From a virus: a DNA stretch of 64,000 nt. A program made the position numbers and the translations under genes. The DNA lies in the IMG/VR virus record IMGVR_UViG_3300044960_000113, positions 1 to 64,000 of that record. One strand, written 5' to 3'. The notes beneath the pieces were generated by a model. It did no database searches and was not told the DNA's origin. It worked only from the letters and a program-made list of their open reading frames with translations. Positions 1-9,427 of this stretch are shown piece after piece; position 1 is the first letter of the stretch, and each line of letters opens with the position of its first letter.

Positions 1-366
1 AATTTGTAAATATGTATTATGAAAATTTTTAATATATTCAATAATTTTATTATCAAATAATTCAGGATAAGATGACATGACTTCTTCAATATCAATTAAT
101 AAATATTCAATTGAAGATAATAATGTATTATTTAATATTAAAGGTTTTTCATTTTCTTCTAACATTAAAAATAATTTTTCTACTCTCAATAACCATTTAA
201 AAAAATATTCATATTCTAAAAGCAAAATTTCTCTTGTTGCAAAAGAAAATGATGAATTTGATGTTGTTATTTCATTAAAATCAAATGCTTGACCTGATTT
301 AAATTTTGCAATTGCATTACTAGAAACTATTCTAAATTTAATATTATTTTTTATATATGGTTTCAT
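1..366 (-). CDS. hypothetical protein, runs off window start (not in supplied ORF track)
   Basis: ATG at 366 preceded by AAGGA SD; read by hand as an open frame to base 1 (MKPYIKNNIKFRIVSSNAIAKFKSGQAFDFNE...); same strand as neighbours. Confidence 0.75.
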   Translation of the reverse strand, partial: MKPYIKNNIKFRIVSSNAIAKFKSGQAFDFNEITTSNSSFSFATREILLLEYEYFFKWLLRVEKLFLMLEENEKPLILNNTLLSSIEYLLIDIEEVMSSYPELFDNKIIEYIKNFHNTYLQI

Positions 367-379
367 ATATTATTCCTTT

Positions 380-1813
380 TTACTTCTCTATTGTAAAATT
401 TACATTATTAGTATTTGATATTTTTGGGTCAATTAAAACATTAGCTAAATCTAAAACTGAACGACCTAAAATAACATCATATTTCATATGATCACGCTCA
501 TTAATATTAAATTCAACATTCCTTATTATATTTCCATTAATTGAAACATCAACATTAATAACAGGTCTTTCTTCTGTTTCGCTGTCAGGAGTTTTTATTT
601 TAGCAATTCTAGATAGATAAAATTTATATCTATATTTTCCAAAAGTGAATTTGACTGTATTATCTTTAATTTCTATATCTTTACCATTTATACTACTGTT
701 AGTTGCACCAGTATCAATACGTGCTTCTATTGGTTTCTCATCATTAAAATTTTTAATTATAATATTAGTAACTGTGCCGATTATATTATTAGAATTGTTT
801 TCAAGATCAACATCTGTTAAATTATTTTTTTCTTGATAATTATCATTTTGCTGTGTTTTTTCTTCTTCATTATTTTCTATTTTATCAGTATCAGTTTTAT
901 TATTTTTTGATATATCATCTTCTGTTTTTTCAATTTGATTATCACCGTGAATTATTTTATGACATATATCTATTATTTTTTCAGAAATATTAAAATCAAC
1001 TATTTTTTGTAGAGCTTCATATCCAGGTGAACAATTAATTTCTAATACTATGAGATCTTCACCATTTTTAATGTAATCTACTGCTATAAAATTTAAATTT
1101 ACTATTTCTGAACATTTTTTTGCTAATTCTATTTCTTGCTCACTTGGAAAATAATACTTTAATTCTGAACCTTGATGTGCATTCGTTCTAAAATCATTTT
1201 CTGGCACAGATCTACTTGCAGCTGCAATAACCTCATTGTTTAACATTAATATTCTATAACTTTCTTCATGTTTCAAATATTCTTGAAGAATAAATTTACA
1301 ATCAATTTTTAAAAGATATTGAACGATAGAACGTAAACTTTCTATACTGTCAACACGCATTACGCCAATACCATGTGTTCCATAAATTGTTTTTATTATA
1401 ATTGGAAATTTTCTATCTAATGATTTAACAGCATAATCTAATTGATCATAGTTATTTAACATTATTGAATTTGGTGTTTTAATTCCAGCTTTATTTAATG
1501 TTATTTGACAGTTTAATTTATTAGAAGCAAGTAATATCCCATTTCCAGTATTTAAACATTTAATTCCAGCATTTGATAAATTGTCTACAATAGCGACTTT
1601 ATATTCTATATTGTTTTCAGATATTCTTGGAATACAAATATCTGCTTCTAATAATTTTTCTCCATTATATGATATAAATGGTTCTTCCGAAGCAAAAATA
1701 TAACAATCATCAAAATTTATGATTTTTATATCATGTCCCTTTTCTTCTGCTTTCTTTTTTAATTCTTGTGGAACAAAATTTTCGGGTTCAGTTGTTAAAA
1801 TTATTAATTTCAT
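380..1813 (-). CDS. rimK: RimK-type ATP-grasp ligase fused to C-terminal retropepsin-like (RimB/PF05618-type) protease domain
   Basis: N-terminal ATP-grasp motifs (FPIIIKTIYGTHGIGV, FILQEYL, DFRTNAHQG, AVDYI, LEINCSPG); acidic linker; C-terminal ARIDTGA...ERP...RDHMKYDVILGR. Confidence 0.85.
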   Translation of the reverse strand: MKLIILTTEPENFVPQELKKKAEEKGHDIKIINFDDCYIFASEEPFISYNGEKLLEADICIPRISENNIEYKVAIVDNLSNAGIKCLNTGNGILLASNKLNCQITLNKAGIKTPNSIMLNNYDQLDYAVKSLDRKFPIIIKTIYGTHGIGVMRVDSIESLRSIVQYLLKIDCKFILQEYLKHEESYRILMLNNEVIAAASRSVPENDFRTNAHQGSELKYYFPSEQEIELAKKCSEIVNLNFIAVDYIKNGEDLIVLEINCSPGYEALQKIVDFNISEKIIDICHKIIHGDNQIEKTEDDISKNNKTDTDKIENNEEEKTQQNDNYQEKNNLTDVDLENNSNNIIGTVTNIIIKNFNDEKPIEARIDTGATNSSINGKDIEIKDNTVKFTFGKYRYKFYLSRIAKIKTPDSETEERPVINVDVSINGNIIRNVEFNINERDHMKYDVILGRSVLDLANVLIDPKISNTNNVNFTIEK

Positions 1814-1816
1814 ATA

Positions 1817-2215
1817 TTAAACAAATGTTCCTTTTCCTGGAATTCCTGCTAATTCTCGTACTCTATTATTTAATCTTTTATTTTCTTTATGTTCAATAGT
1901 AATAACTTTTTCAGATGAGAGATCTTTTAACATTTCTGATGCTAAATTTTGTTTATTTATTTCAAATATTTTTTTAACAGATGATGTTATAAATTTTGAA
2001 CCGTCAAATATCATAACATTAAATATTATTTCAAATTTTATAATATCTTGATTTTCATCATTACTAATGACATTAATATTTGATGGATATGCATATATAT
2101 TTTGTTTATTAATTTGATTGTCACTAATATTATTATTTGTTTGTTCTAATGAATTAGGTTCAACACTAATAGGTGTTGTAAATGTTATTTGTTGTTGATT
2201 ATTAATTGTATCCAT
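1817..2215 (-). CDS. hypothetical protein
   Basis: 132-aa ORF packed in minus-strand operon. Confidence 0.7.
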   Translation of the reverse strand: MDTINNQQQITFTTPISVEPNSLEQTNNNISDNQINKQNIYAYPSNINVISNDENQDIIKFEIIFNVMIFDGSKFITSSVKKIFEINKQNLASEMLKDLSSEKVITIEHKENKRLNNRVRELAGIPGKGTFV

Positions 2216-2342
2216 ATTTTAATCCTTTTTAATAAAATTAAATAATTTATTTAATTATTTATTAAAAACTCATATATAATTAAATTTTAAAATAAATTTT
2301 ATATAGTCAAAAAATATAAATGTGTCTTCAAAGTTATTGAAT

Positions 2343-3014
2343 TCAGATATTAATATATAAAGAATAAAATTCGTTTATTCTATCTATTAGCTTTTCTATA
2401 ACATTATCTAATTTTTCATTAAATTCTAACGGAAAACCATTATTATTAACCATCAATATAATTAAATTGTTTATTTTAGTATTAAACATTTCATTATGCG
2501 CAAATGCATAAAAACCGGCTTGTAAGAAATAATCTTCTATTTCATTTTTTGTTTTTAATCTTGTTGTTGTTTTGAAATCGACTATTGATGGAATTCCTTT
2601 ATATTTGCAGATTAAATCACATCTTCCAGCAATTTCTAAAATATCTGAATATAATGTAACTTCTTGGCCCCAAATTTCATTTACATTATTTAAAAATAAT
2701 TTTAAACCATTAAATATCCCAATATGTGACTGGGATATATTTTCATTATCTTTAATTAATGGTTCATTTTTTAAAAATCTTTCGGCTAATAAATGAAGTG
2801 TTGTTCCTCTATCAGCTGCATCTCTTGCTATTTTTGCTGCTTCTTTTTCACCAATAGATTTTTTCCAATTTTCTAATGATTGTATTTTTTCTTTAGGACT
2901 TGTATGACTAAGTATTGTTGTTATAGATGGATATTTTTTATTAATACCGAGGTCATAAAATCTCATCGTATTGATATCCAACGTATCAAAATTTTTATAG
3001 TTAAATTTTGTCAT
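2343..3014 (-). CDS. PD-(D/E)XK exonuclease (Cas4-like/phage exonuclease, no Fe-S cysteines)
   Basis: YPSITTIL, RGTTLH, QEVTL, AGRCDL, IVDFKT, YFLQ..Y motifs. Confidence 0.8.
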   Translation of the reverse strand: MTKFNYKNFDTLDINTMRFYDLGINKKYPSITTILSHTSPKEKIQSLENWKKSIGEKEAAKIARDAADRGTTLHLLAERFLKNEPLIKDNENISQSHIGIFNGLKLFLNNVNEIWGQEVTLYSDILEIAGRCDLICKYKGIPSIVDFKTTTRLKTKNEIEDYFLQAGFYAFAHNEMFNTKINNLIILMVNNNGFPLEFNEKLDNVIEKLIDRINEFYSLYINI

Positions 3015-3026
3015 TTTTATATTATA

Positions 3027-3548
3027 TTATGTTAAACCTGTTCCGCTTATTATCCACTCTGTTGATGTTATCTTAAGTGCTGTTGCAATACCATTTGGTG
3101 CTAATGTTCTATTTCCAGTAGTACCAGCACCAGCTAACCTCATAGTATCACTATTTATAGCAATTGTGATTGTACCTGCACCATTTTGATTTACAAATGT
3201 TACAGCAGTTCCAATTGGGAATGGAACACTACTATTACTTGGAATAGTGTAAGTTCTTGAAGATGTATCAGCTGATGGATGTAATATATGTTTTCCAGAA
3301 TCTGATAATACTAGTGTATATGACGCACTTTGAGAATTTTGTTCAAGTTGTTTAAGAGAAACTTCAGAACCTATTGGTAATGATATTGCCTCAAGCCATG
3401 AAGTTCCATCATATACATAAAGTTTTTTGTCTGGTAATTTATAAAATAATTCACCAGTTGATGGTGAACTTGGTAAAGTTGATCCAGAATCAACTGTAAG
3501 ATTAACTAGTGTTGAACCTTCTAATAAATTAATTCCGTCTATTAACAT
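3027..3548 (-). CDS. probable virion structural / tail-fibre-related protein
   Basis: S/T/G-rich; TGELFY..KKLYVYDGTSW and YTLVLSD..FPIGTAV..AGTITI segments typical of fibre domains. Confidence 0.55.
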   Translation of the reverse strand: MLIDGINLLEGSTLVNLTVDSGSTLPSSPSTGELFYKLPDKKLYVYDGTSWLEAISLPIGSEVSLKQLEQNSQSASYTLVLSDSGKHILHPSADTSSRTYTIPSNSSVPFPIGTAVTFVNQNGAGTITIAINSDTMRLAGAGTTGNRTLAPNGIATALKITSTEWIISGTGLT

Positions 3549-3598
3549 AGTAGATTTTCCCTTTCAAAAAATTAATCATTAATATATTCAACATAATA

Positions 3599-4285
3599 TT
3601 ATCTATATTTATAGGAAATTTTAATATCTTCTTTATTTTTTATAAAATTTTCTATTGATGATTTTTCTTCATTTTTTATTTTATTTTCTATAGATAATAT
3701 TGGGCTAGATAATTCAATTTTTAATGGGTCATTACTTCCTTGAATTATTGCAGCATTTTCTGGAATTAACCCTATCTTTTTCAAAGCATTCCATGTTTCT
3801 GGACATGACATAGCATTTCGTAATCTTGCTGGAGATGGCCTACCATTTGCCAAAATTTCAGCATGAATTTCTTTTGCACACCATACAGTAAATTCATTAG
3901 GTGCATTTATTTCAAACATTTGTTCATCAGTATATCCAGGTATTCTTGTTGGTTCTGCTATTTCATATGCTTCAGCAAGTAATCTTTCTAATATTTCAAT
4001 TTCTTGGCGATTTAATTCATATGCTTCTTTTTTAGTTTCTTCAACAGATTCTAGTTCTACTATTTCTGATTGAAGTTCATAAATTTCATAAAGTGGGCCA
4101 TTATTTTCCTGTAACCATTTAAGTTTTTCTTTTTTTGATAATAATCTGAGACGATCAACTTCTTGTAAAGCTGCTGCGCGTTTTCTACCTTCTAAAAACC
4201 CCTTTAGAATTTTTATTTTTTCCCAAACGGTTTCACCTTGAACCTGAGTACGATAATTAAATTCAGAATTTAATTTTGATGGCAT
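3599..4285 (-). CDS. hypothetical coiled-coil protein
   Basis: 228-aa ORF with SD, helical E/K-rich centre. Confidence 0.7.
   Translation of the reverse strand: MPSKLNSEFNYRTQVQGETVWEKIKILKGFLEGRKRAAALQEVDRLRLLSKKEKLKWLQENNGPLYEIYELQSEIVELESVEETKKEAYELNRQEIEILERLLAEAYEIAEPTRIPGYTDEQMFEINAPNEFTVWCAKEIHAEILANGRPSPARLRNAMSCPETWNALKKIGLIPENAAIIQGSNDPLKIELSSPILSIENKIKNEEKSSIENFIKNKEDIKISYKYR
3606..3613 (-). promoter_or_regulatory. T4-type late promoter motif TATAAATA upstream of structural gene 3027-3548
   Basis: exact motif about 58 nt upstream of start; 8-mer is common by chance in AT-rich DNA. Confidence 0.35.
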
Positions 4286-4297
4286 TTATCCCTCCTA

Positions 4298-4573
4298 TTA
4301 TGAAAAACGTGATTTTATTGTTTTATTTAATCGAATAAGCCTGAAGTGTATGGCCTTTTTCCTAGCTATTTTAGATTTAATTTTTCGTTTAGTACTATTT
4401 CTAATAGCACTAGCTCTTAATTTACTTCTCAAACTTGCTGATTTTTTAGGGGCAAAACATTGTGCAGGATCAGAAACAGCTCTTCCTTTTCTTATACCAA
4501 CAGTACATCTATATACTTTTTTAATAGTTTTTCCGCGCCTTACAAAGGCTCTTATTATTTCATTAAGCAACAT
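4298..4573 (-). CDS. basic protein resembling T4-like prohead core protein (gp68-like)
   Basis: very K/R-rich; RCTVGIRKGRAVSDPAQCFAP resembles the conserved segment of T4-like prohead core proteins. Confidence 0.45.
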   Translation of the reverse strand: MLLNEIIRAFVRRGKTIKKVYRCTVGIRKGRAVSDPAQCFAPKKSASLRSKLRASAIRNSTKRKIKSKIARKKAIHFRLIRLNKTIKSRFS

Positions 4574-4575
4574 TT

Positions 4576-6570
4576 CTATACATTAGATAATATTAAATCA
4601 ATATGTTCATCATTTAATAATATTCCATTTGGATATATATTATCATTCATTTGTTTAACAACATACATATATTTTCCACCTTTTTTAAATGGTCTAAAAA
4701 TAAATTTTTTATTATTTTCACCTTTTACTGTTACTATAGAGTTATCACCAAATGCATTTATTAATTTTTCAACTTCTGTGTCAGATAACTTTATTTTCAT
4801 TTTTTCTGCAGATAACATCATTCCATCAGAACCTAAAGAAGCAATTTGCCACTTTTTTTCCTCTGGATTTATTTCTGGTTTTTTATGCTTTGATTTTGGC
4901 ATATCCATATCATCAATAATACTATCATCTTCTAATTCTTCTACGTTTTCTCTTATTGGGTTTCTTTTAAGAAGATCTTTTGTATATGCAAAACCCTTTA
5001 TTGAACCAACTTGGTATTTATAACCTTTATTTCCCTTCTCATCAACAATCTCATCAGATATTAACGTTACTACATCTAATGGTGAACCGTTAGTTAAGCC
5101 AATTCTATGTTTTACACGTTGACCCTTTTTAAACGGAGCTTTGTTATTAACATCTTGTACTACTATTTCACTTTTTTTTTCTTCTGTTATCTTTGTGTTT
5201 TCATTTATTAAATCAATCAACATTGATATTTTATTTCTTATTAATTGAATATTTTTAAGACTTGCCTTTTTGTCTAATAGAGATCTTCTTAATTGACTTT
5301 TCTTATATTTAAGATTTTCATCTGGTACACCAATAGCTGTTAACAATGATTCAACAGTGTTTATAAACATATCATTTGCTATATCAACTTCTTCAATAAC
5401 AGTTTCTGATGCTTGTTCATCAAAATTATGTTTATTCCCCTCATCATCAGATAACCCTAATGAAATATGTAAATTTTTTAGTATTATCCTCATTTTTGTA
5501 TTTTTTTGTATACTTAATGAAGTATTTCTAAAAAAAGATCTTAAGTTGGTTTTTTTAAATTCAAAATTTTCCTTTGGAATTCCAAAAGCAATTAAAATAT
5601 CAAATAATTGTTTTGATATTTTTTTGATGCCAACATCAGCTACCTCATCTTTAATATCTATATAACTTTCTTTTACAATGTCGGAAGTATGTAGTTCATC
5701 ATTAAATCTTTGAAGCCACATTTTTGCACGTGGATTTTTTTGTATCATTCTTGATGAATCAACAATTCCGGTTCTTACTTTAGAAAAATTTCTAGTTAAA
5801 ATTAATTGTGGAACATTTAATGTTAATAATGTATCCAAAATTAATTTAGTGATAGGTGTCGCAAATTTAAAACGTTTTACAACTATATTTTTTTGTCTAT
5901 CATTTTCATCATATTCAATGTCATCATCTTTTTCTTCTATATCATCATTTTTTTCTATTAATTTTTCTTCACCTAAAACTTTTTTTAAAAATTTATTTCC
6001 TAATGTTAACATTTTGTTTTCTCCTTCATTTTTTAATTTAATATCATTTTTAGATAAATTATTTGTCTCAAAATCTTCATTTTCATTTTCATTTTCATCT
6101 TCATATTCATCTTCATCTTCATATTCATCTTCATATTCATCTTCATCTTCATCTTCATCTTCATCTTCATCTTCATCTTCATCTTCATCTTCATCATCAT
6201 TAGGCCATTCAACAGCAACTATATCAAAATCAGTAGAAAGTTTTTCTAATGCTGATTCAATACTGTCTTCTGTTCCTAACATTTTGCTCATTGCTTCTTC
6301 AAATTTATCTGCATCTTTTACGTTTACATATACTTTAACTATTTCATTATCATCAGTTTCTAATCCAAATGTAACAGTTTCAATTTCTTCAGATTCTTCT
6401 TTAGATTTATTTAGTATATTATTTACTTCATTTTTATCAATTTTTTTAATTTCTGAATCATCATTAATTTTAGAAATTAATGAAAGATCAATTTTTGGTG
6501 ATTGACCTAATGCTTGAACTTCTGTTGTTATTTGTTTATTTTCGTTAATATCTTTAAATAAATTTTTCAT
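4576..6570 (-). CDS. large acidic hypothetical protein with DE tract and three internal helical repeats; possible head/internal protein
   Basis: 664 aa; poly-(DE) tract; three ~50-aa copies of L..lL.a.G/NVP.e...k...R. Confidence 0.7.
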   Translation of the reverse strand: MKNLFKDINENKQITTEVQALGQSPKIDLSLISKINDDSEIKKIDKNEVNNILNKSKEESEEIETVTFGLETDDNEIVKVYVNVKDADKFEEAMSKMLGTEDSIESALEKLSTDFDIVAVEWPNDDEDEDEDEDEDEDEDEDEDEYEDEYEDEDEYEDENENENEDFETNNLSKNDIKLKNEGENKMLTLGNKFLKKVLGEEKLIEKNDDIEEKDDDIEYDENDRQKNIVVKRFKFATPITKLILDTLLTLNVPQLILTRNFSKVRTGIVDSSRMIQKNPRAKMWLQRFNDELHTSDIVKESYIDIKDEVADVGIKKISKQLFDILIAFGIPKENFEFKKTNLRSFFRNTSLSIQKNTKMRIILKNLHISLGLSDDEGNKHNFDEQASETVIEEVDIANDMFINTVESLLTAIGVPDENLKYKKSQLRRSLLDKKASLKNIQLIRNKISMLIDLINENTKITEEKKSEIVVQDVNNKAPFKKGQRVKHRIGLTNGSPLDVVTLISDEIVDEKGNKGYKYQVGSIKGFAYTKDLLKRNPIRENVEELEDDSIIDDMDMPKSKHKKPEINPEEKKWQIASLGSDGMMLSAEKMKIKLSDTEVEKLINAFGDNSIVTVKGENNKKFIFRPFKKGGKYMYVVKQMNDNIYPNGILLNDEHIDLILSNV
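6074..6200. repeat. hexanucleotide microsatellite (TCTTCA/GATGAA)n encoding Asp-Glu tract
   Basis: directly visible, with TATTCA and TTTTCA variant units. Confidence 0.95.
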
Positions 6571-6593
6571 ATTATTTACCTCATTTATATATA

Positions 6594-8945
6594 TTATGCT
6601 TTTTTATTTAATAAAAAAGCATGTATTTTTGGTATTTTTTTATATGTTCTTTTTACTCTTCTAATAATTTTTCCTTTAAAAATTCTAATCGGAACTGTTC
6701 CAATATCAGATGAAGATGTTATTGCACCAGTATCGCTAGAAACTGTTGATCCGTTATCTTCTTCTTCTTTAAGTTTAACAATTTTAATAATATCCTTCAA
6801 TAAATTAGGTTTAACATTCATAGTGTTCATAGGCACCTGTGTTAAAATTTTATTTGATAACTTACTAATTAAATTTAAAAATGGTGAATTAGGCGTATAT
6901 GTTAATAATAAATTAAATACTTTTTGTATAACTAAATTTTTATCAGATACGTCTAATTCTTCCCATCTATCTATTCCATCTCTTATTATATTTATATTAT
7001 TTGTTCTATTTCCCAATTTTAACGTGACTACTCTCATATTATGGTGTTGTACATTCCAATCAATATTTAAAATATTAGATAAACTTAATGTATTATGAAT
7101 AGCTTTAATTCTTTTGGTTAAGAAAGTACCTGCTATTTCTTTAAGTTTTTTCAAAGTATCTGGTTTAAGATATCGTTTAATATCTTTATTATCAGGATAA
7201 AATAAAACAAGACCCCAAAAATTTAATATACTCATATTATTTTTATATTTTTTAAGTGATGCATTATTTGGGTCATATAAAAGTCTTTTAACATCTTTAA
7301 TATTATTTTTTAATAATAAAAGAGAAGCTAATAATGTAGCAGTATATGCATTTCCTATTTGTTCTGCTGAAAGTGTTAATAACTGTTTTCTGTTAATTGC
7401 AGAAGATGATATACTAGATTCTAGTAAAATACATTCTTTCACAAGTGTTTCGTTATGCACATCTTTTATTATTTTTCCATATAAAACATTAATTAATTGA
7501 TTTACATTTTTACTCTTTTTTATTTGAGAAATCATTTCATTTAAATCTTTATTTAATTCAGCAAATGCTAATAAGGTACGTTTAATAACTTCTTGGGTGT
7601 ATCCAATAGTTTTTCCATTTTTTAGAATTAATTTATAATTTTGATTTTCATTTTTAAATGTTTCCAACTTTTCATTTACATTATCCTGTGTAGATTTTAA
7701 TATTGCTAAAATCTTAGTTTTTACATCTTGAAAATTTATATTTTCTAAATTCTTAGAAAAGTTATTAATAGTTTCTTCTGGTGTACTACCTTTAAATTTT
7801 CTAAATATTTTTTTAGCATCTATTGTTCTTGCTAAATTTGGTATGCCAAACAAACTTCCTATTCTTATTTTTGCATCTCCAAATATTCCTCCTCTTACTA
7901 CAGGATCTGAAAGTGGATCAGTTGATTTTACATTTCCAGATATGTTATTTCTAATAGCCCAATTAAATTGATTTATAGTAGTAAAAATATCTTTATCAAC
8001 AATTTTTATTTGATCTTGAGTATTAGGATCAAGAAGAACAACACCTTCTATACCTAAATCTTCATCTTTAGAGATATTTTTATCCTGTAATGATGGTTTA
8101 ATTTTTCTAATTACATTTTGTAGAATACTATCTTTTATTGGAAGTTTAAAATTATTTAAAATTTTATTATTTAGATTATCTCGTTCTTTTTTGATTTTTT
8201 CTCTTTTTTCTTTTTCTATTTTATTTAAATTTATATTTAAAACATCAAAATTTGTTAGATTTAAATTTAATGTATTTGCAAGTTTGTTCTTTTCATTCAA
8301 AAATTTCTTAAGTTTATCAATTTCTTTTTTAAAATTAATTTTTTTAAAATTTATTGTGTCTATTTTTTGTGTACTCACAAATTTCCATCTTATATCTGTA
8401 GGAACTTTTTTAATATTGATACCATCATCAGTATCAAATAAATCAACTGTTATTATAACTTCATCATTATTGAGCTGTTTTGATAATTCTTTAATCTTAT
8501 TTTGATCTGGTTTTTTATTACTATCTGTTCCTTCCACTGATCTTAAAAATGTAATAAAATTATTGCCTTCTTTACCATATGTTATCATATTTGGTTGTTT
8601 ACCAAATAATACTTCAACTTCTATTGCTTCGCCTGGTTCTAAAATTTGTGATAACTTATTTTTAACTGCTTGCAATGCTAGATGAGCTGCTTTAAATTTG
8701 GTTTCGGCAGGAGTATCTTCATAATCTGATTCTTTATGATTTATTTTTTTTGATCCTTTACCTTCTCTAGAAGTGTAAAAATTACCTTCATTATCAAAAC
8801 CAACTCTAAAATTAAAACCATCTAATTTTTCTGTAGCAATAAACTTAGAAATGTTTTCTATAGTATCAATGAACTTATCTATTTCTAAATCTTCTAGATG
8901 ATTTATACTTTCTAAAATATTAATAGATTCTAAAATTGTTACCAT
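6594..8945 (-). CDS. large protein with N-terminal ligase-type (KxDG) nucleotidyltransferase domain
   Basis: ATEKLDGFN (motif I), EVEVL (III), IEGVVL (IV), IKIVD (V); long unrelated C-terminal region. Confidence 0.6.
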   Translation of the reverse strand: MVTILESINILESINHLEDLEIDKFIDTIENISKFIATEKLDGFNFRVGFDNEGNFYTSREGKGSKKINHKESDYEDTPAETKFKAAHLALQAVKNKLSQILEPGEAIEVEVLFGKQPNMITYGKEGNNFITFLRSVEGTDSNKKPDQNKIKELSKQLNNDEVIITVDLFDTDDGINIKKVPTDIRWKFVSTQKIDTINFKKINFKKEIDKLKKFLNEKNKLANTLNLNLTNFDVLNINLNKIEKEKREKIKKERDNLNNKILNNFKLPIKDSILQNVIRKIKPSLQDKNISKDEDLGIEGVVLLDPNTQDQIKIVDKDIFTTINQFNWAIRNNISGNVKSTDPLSDPVVRGGIFGDAKIRIGSLFGIPNLARTIDAKKIFRKFKGSTPEETINNFSKNLENINFQDVKTKILAILKSTQDNVNEKLETFKNENQNYKLILKNGKTIGYTQEVIKRTLLAFAELNKDLNEMISQIKKSKNVNQLINVLYGKIIKDVHNETLVKECILLESSISSSAINRKQLLTLSAEQIGNAYTATLLASLLLLKNNIKDVKRLLYDPNNASLKKYKNNMSILNFWGLVLFYPDNKDIKRYLKPDTLKKLKEIAGTFLTKRIKAIHNTLSLSNILNIDWNVQHHNMRVVTLKLGNRTNNINIIRDGIDRWEELDVSDKNLVIQKVFNLLLTYTPNSPFLNLISKLSNKILTQVPMNTMNVKPNLLKDIIKIVKLKEEEDNGSTVSSDTGAITSSSDIGTVPIRIFKGKIIRRVKRTYKKIPKIHAFLLNKKA

Positions 8946-8979
8946 GTTATTGTTAAGTTATTAAAAATATATAATATTA

Positions 8980-8987
8980 TATTTATA
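8980..8987 (-). promoter_or_regulatory. T4-type late promoter motif TATAAATA upstream of 6594-8945
   Basis: exact motif 35 nt upstream of ATG, directly after a terminator-like hairpin. Confidence 0.5.
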
Positions 8988-8989
8988 AA

Positions 8990-9033
8990 AAATAATGGAA
9001 CTTTCTATTATAGAATAGTCAGTTCCATTATTT
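8990..9033 (-). terminator. probable intrinsic terminator
   Basis: 13-bp inverted repeat (AAATAATGGAACT / AGTTCCATTATTT) with T-run on minus strand, downstream of 9102-9323. Confidence 0.6.
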
Positions 9034-9101
9034 AATTATAAAAACTAAATAAAATTATAATCTTTTATTAATTTACACGTGTATATTAAACTTTGATTGA
9101 A

Positions 9102-9323
9102 TTATTTTTCATCTTTTTTTTCTGTTTCATTTTTAACAACTTCTGTTAATTCACGAGACAGGTCACGTAATGCGGCTTCAGTTTTTGCTAAGTCTAATCT
9201 TTGTTTTTGTTGTTCTTCAACCCATTTTTGATAAATTCTAACTAAAGCTTGGGTTTTAGGTGAAAGTTTTTCTACTTCGTACTCTACATTGTCAATAGTA
9301 ATTGTTTTAATTTGTTCTGTCAT
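9102..9323 (-). CDS. small coiled-coil hypothetical protein (TITID..EY start)
   Basis: 73-aa ORF with GGAG SD. Confidence 0.75.
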   Translation of the reverse strand: MTEQIKTITIDNVEYEVEKLSPKTQALVRIYQKWVEEQQKQRLDLAKTEAALRDLSRELTEVVKNETEKKDEK

Positions 9324-9427
9324 ATAATTAACTCCTTTTAAAAATATATATTATCAAATATTGATTATTTATGCTAAATTTTAAAATATAAAAATATTAA
9401 TCTAAATTTATATCTTATATATGTATT

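Noticed and set aside
77-292. 71-aa plus-strand ORF from the track
   Set aside because: It is the antisense shadow of a longer minus-strand frame (1-366) that has a proper SD and matches operon orientation
4460-5023. 187-aa plus-strand ORF
   Set aside because: It is antisense to two well-supported minus-strand genes and has F/S/I-rich shadow composition
5849-6505. Ser-rich plus-strand ORF and the (MK)n ORF at 6033-6218
   Set aside because: They are alternative readings of the GATGAA microsatellite inside the 664-aa gene
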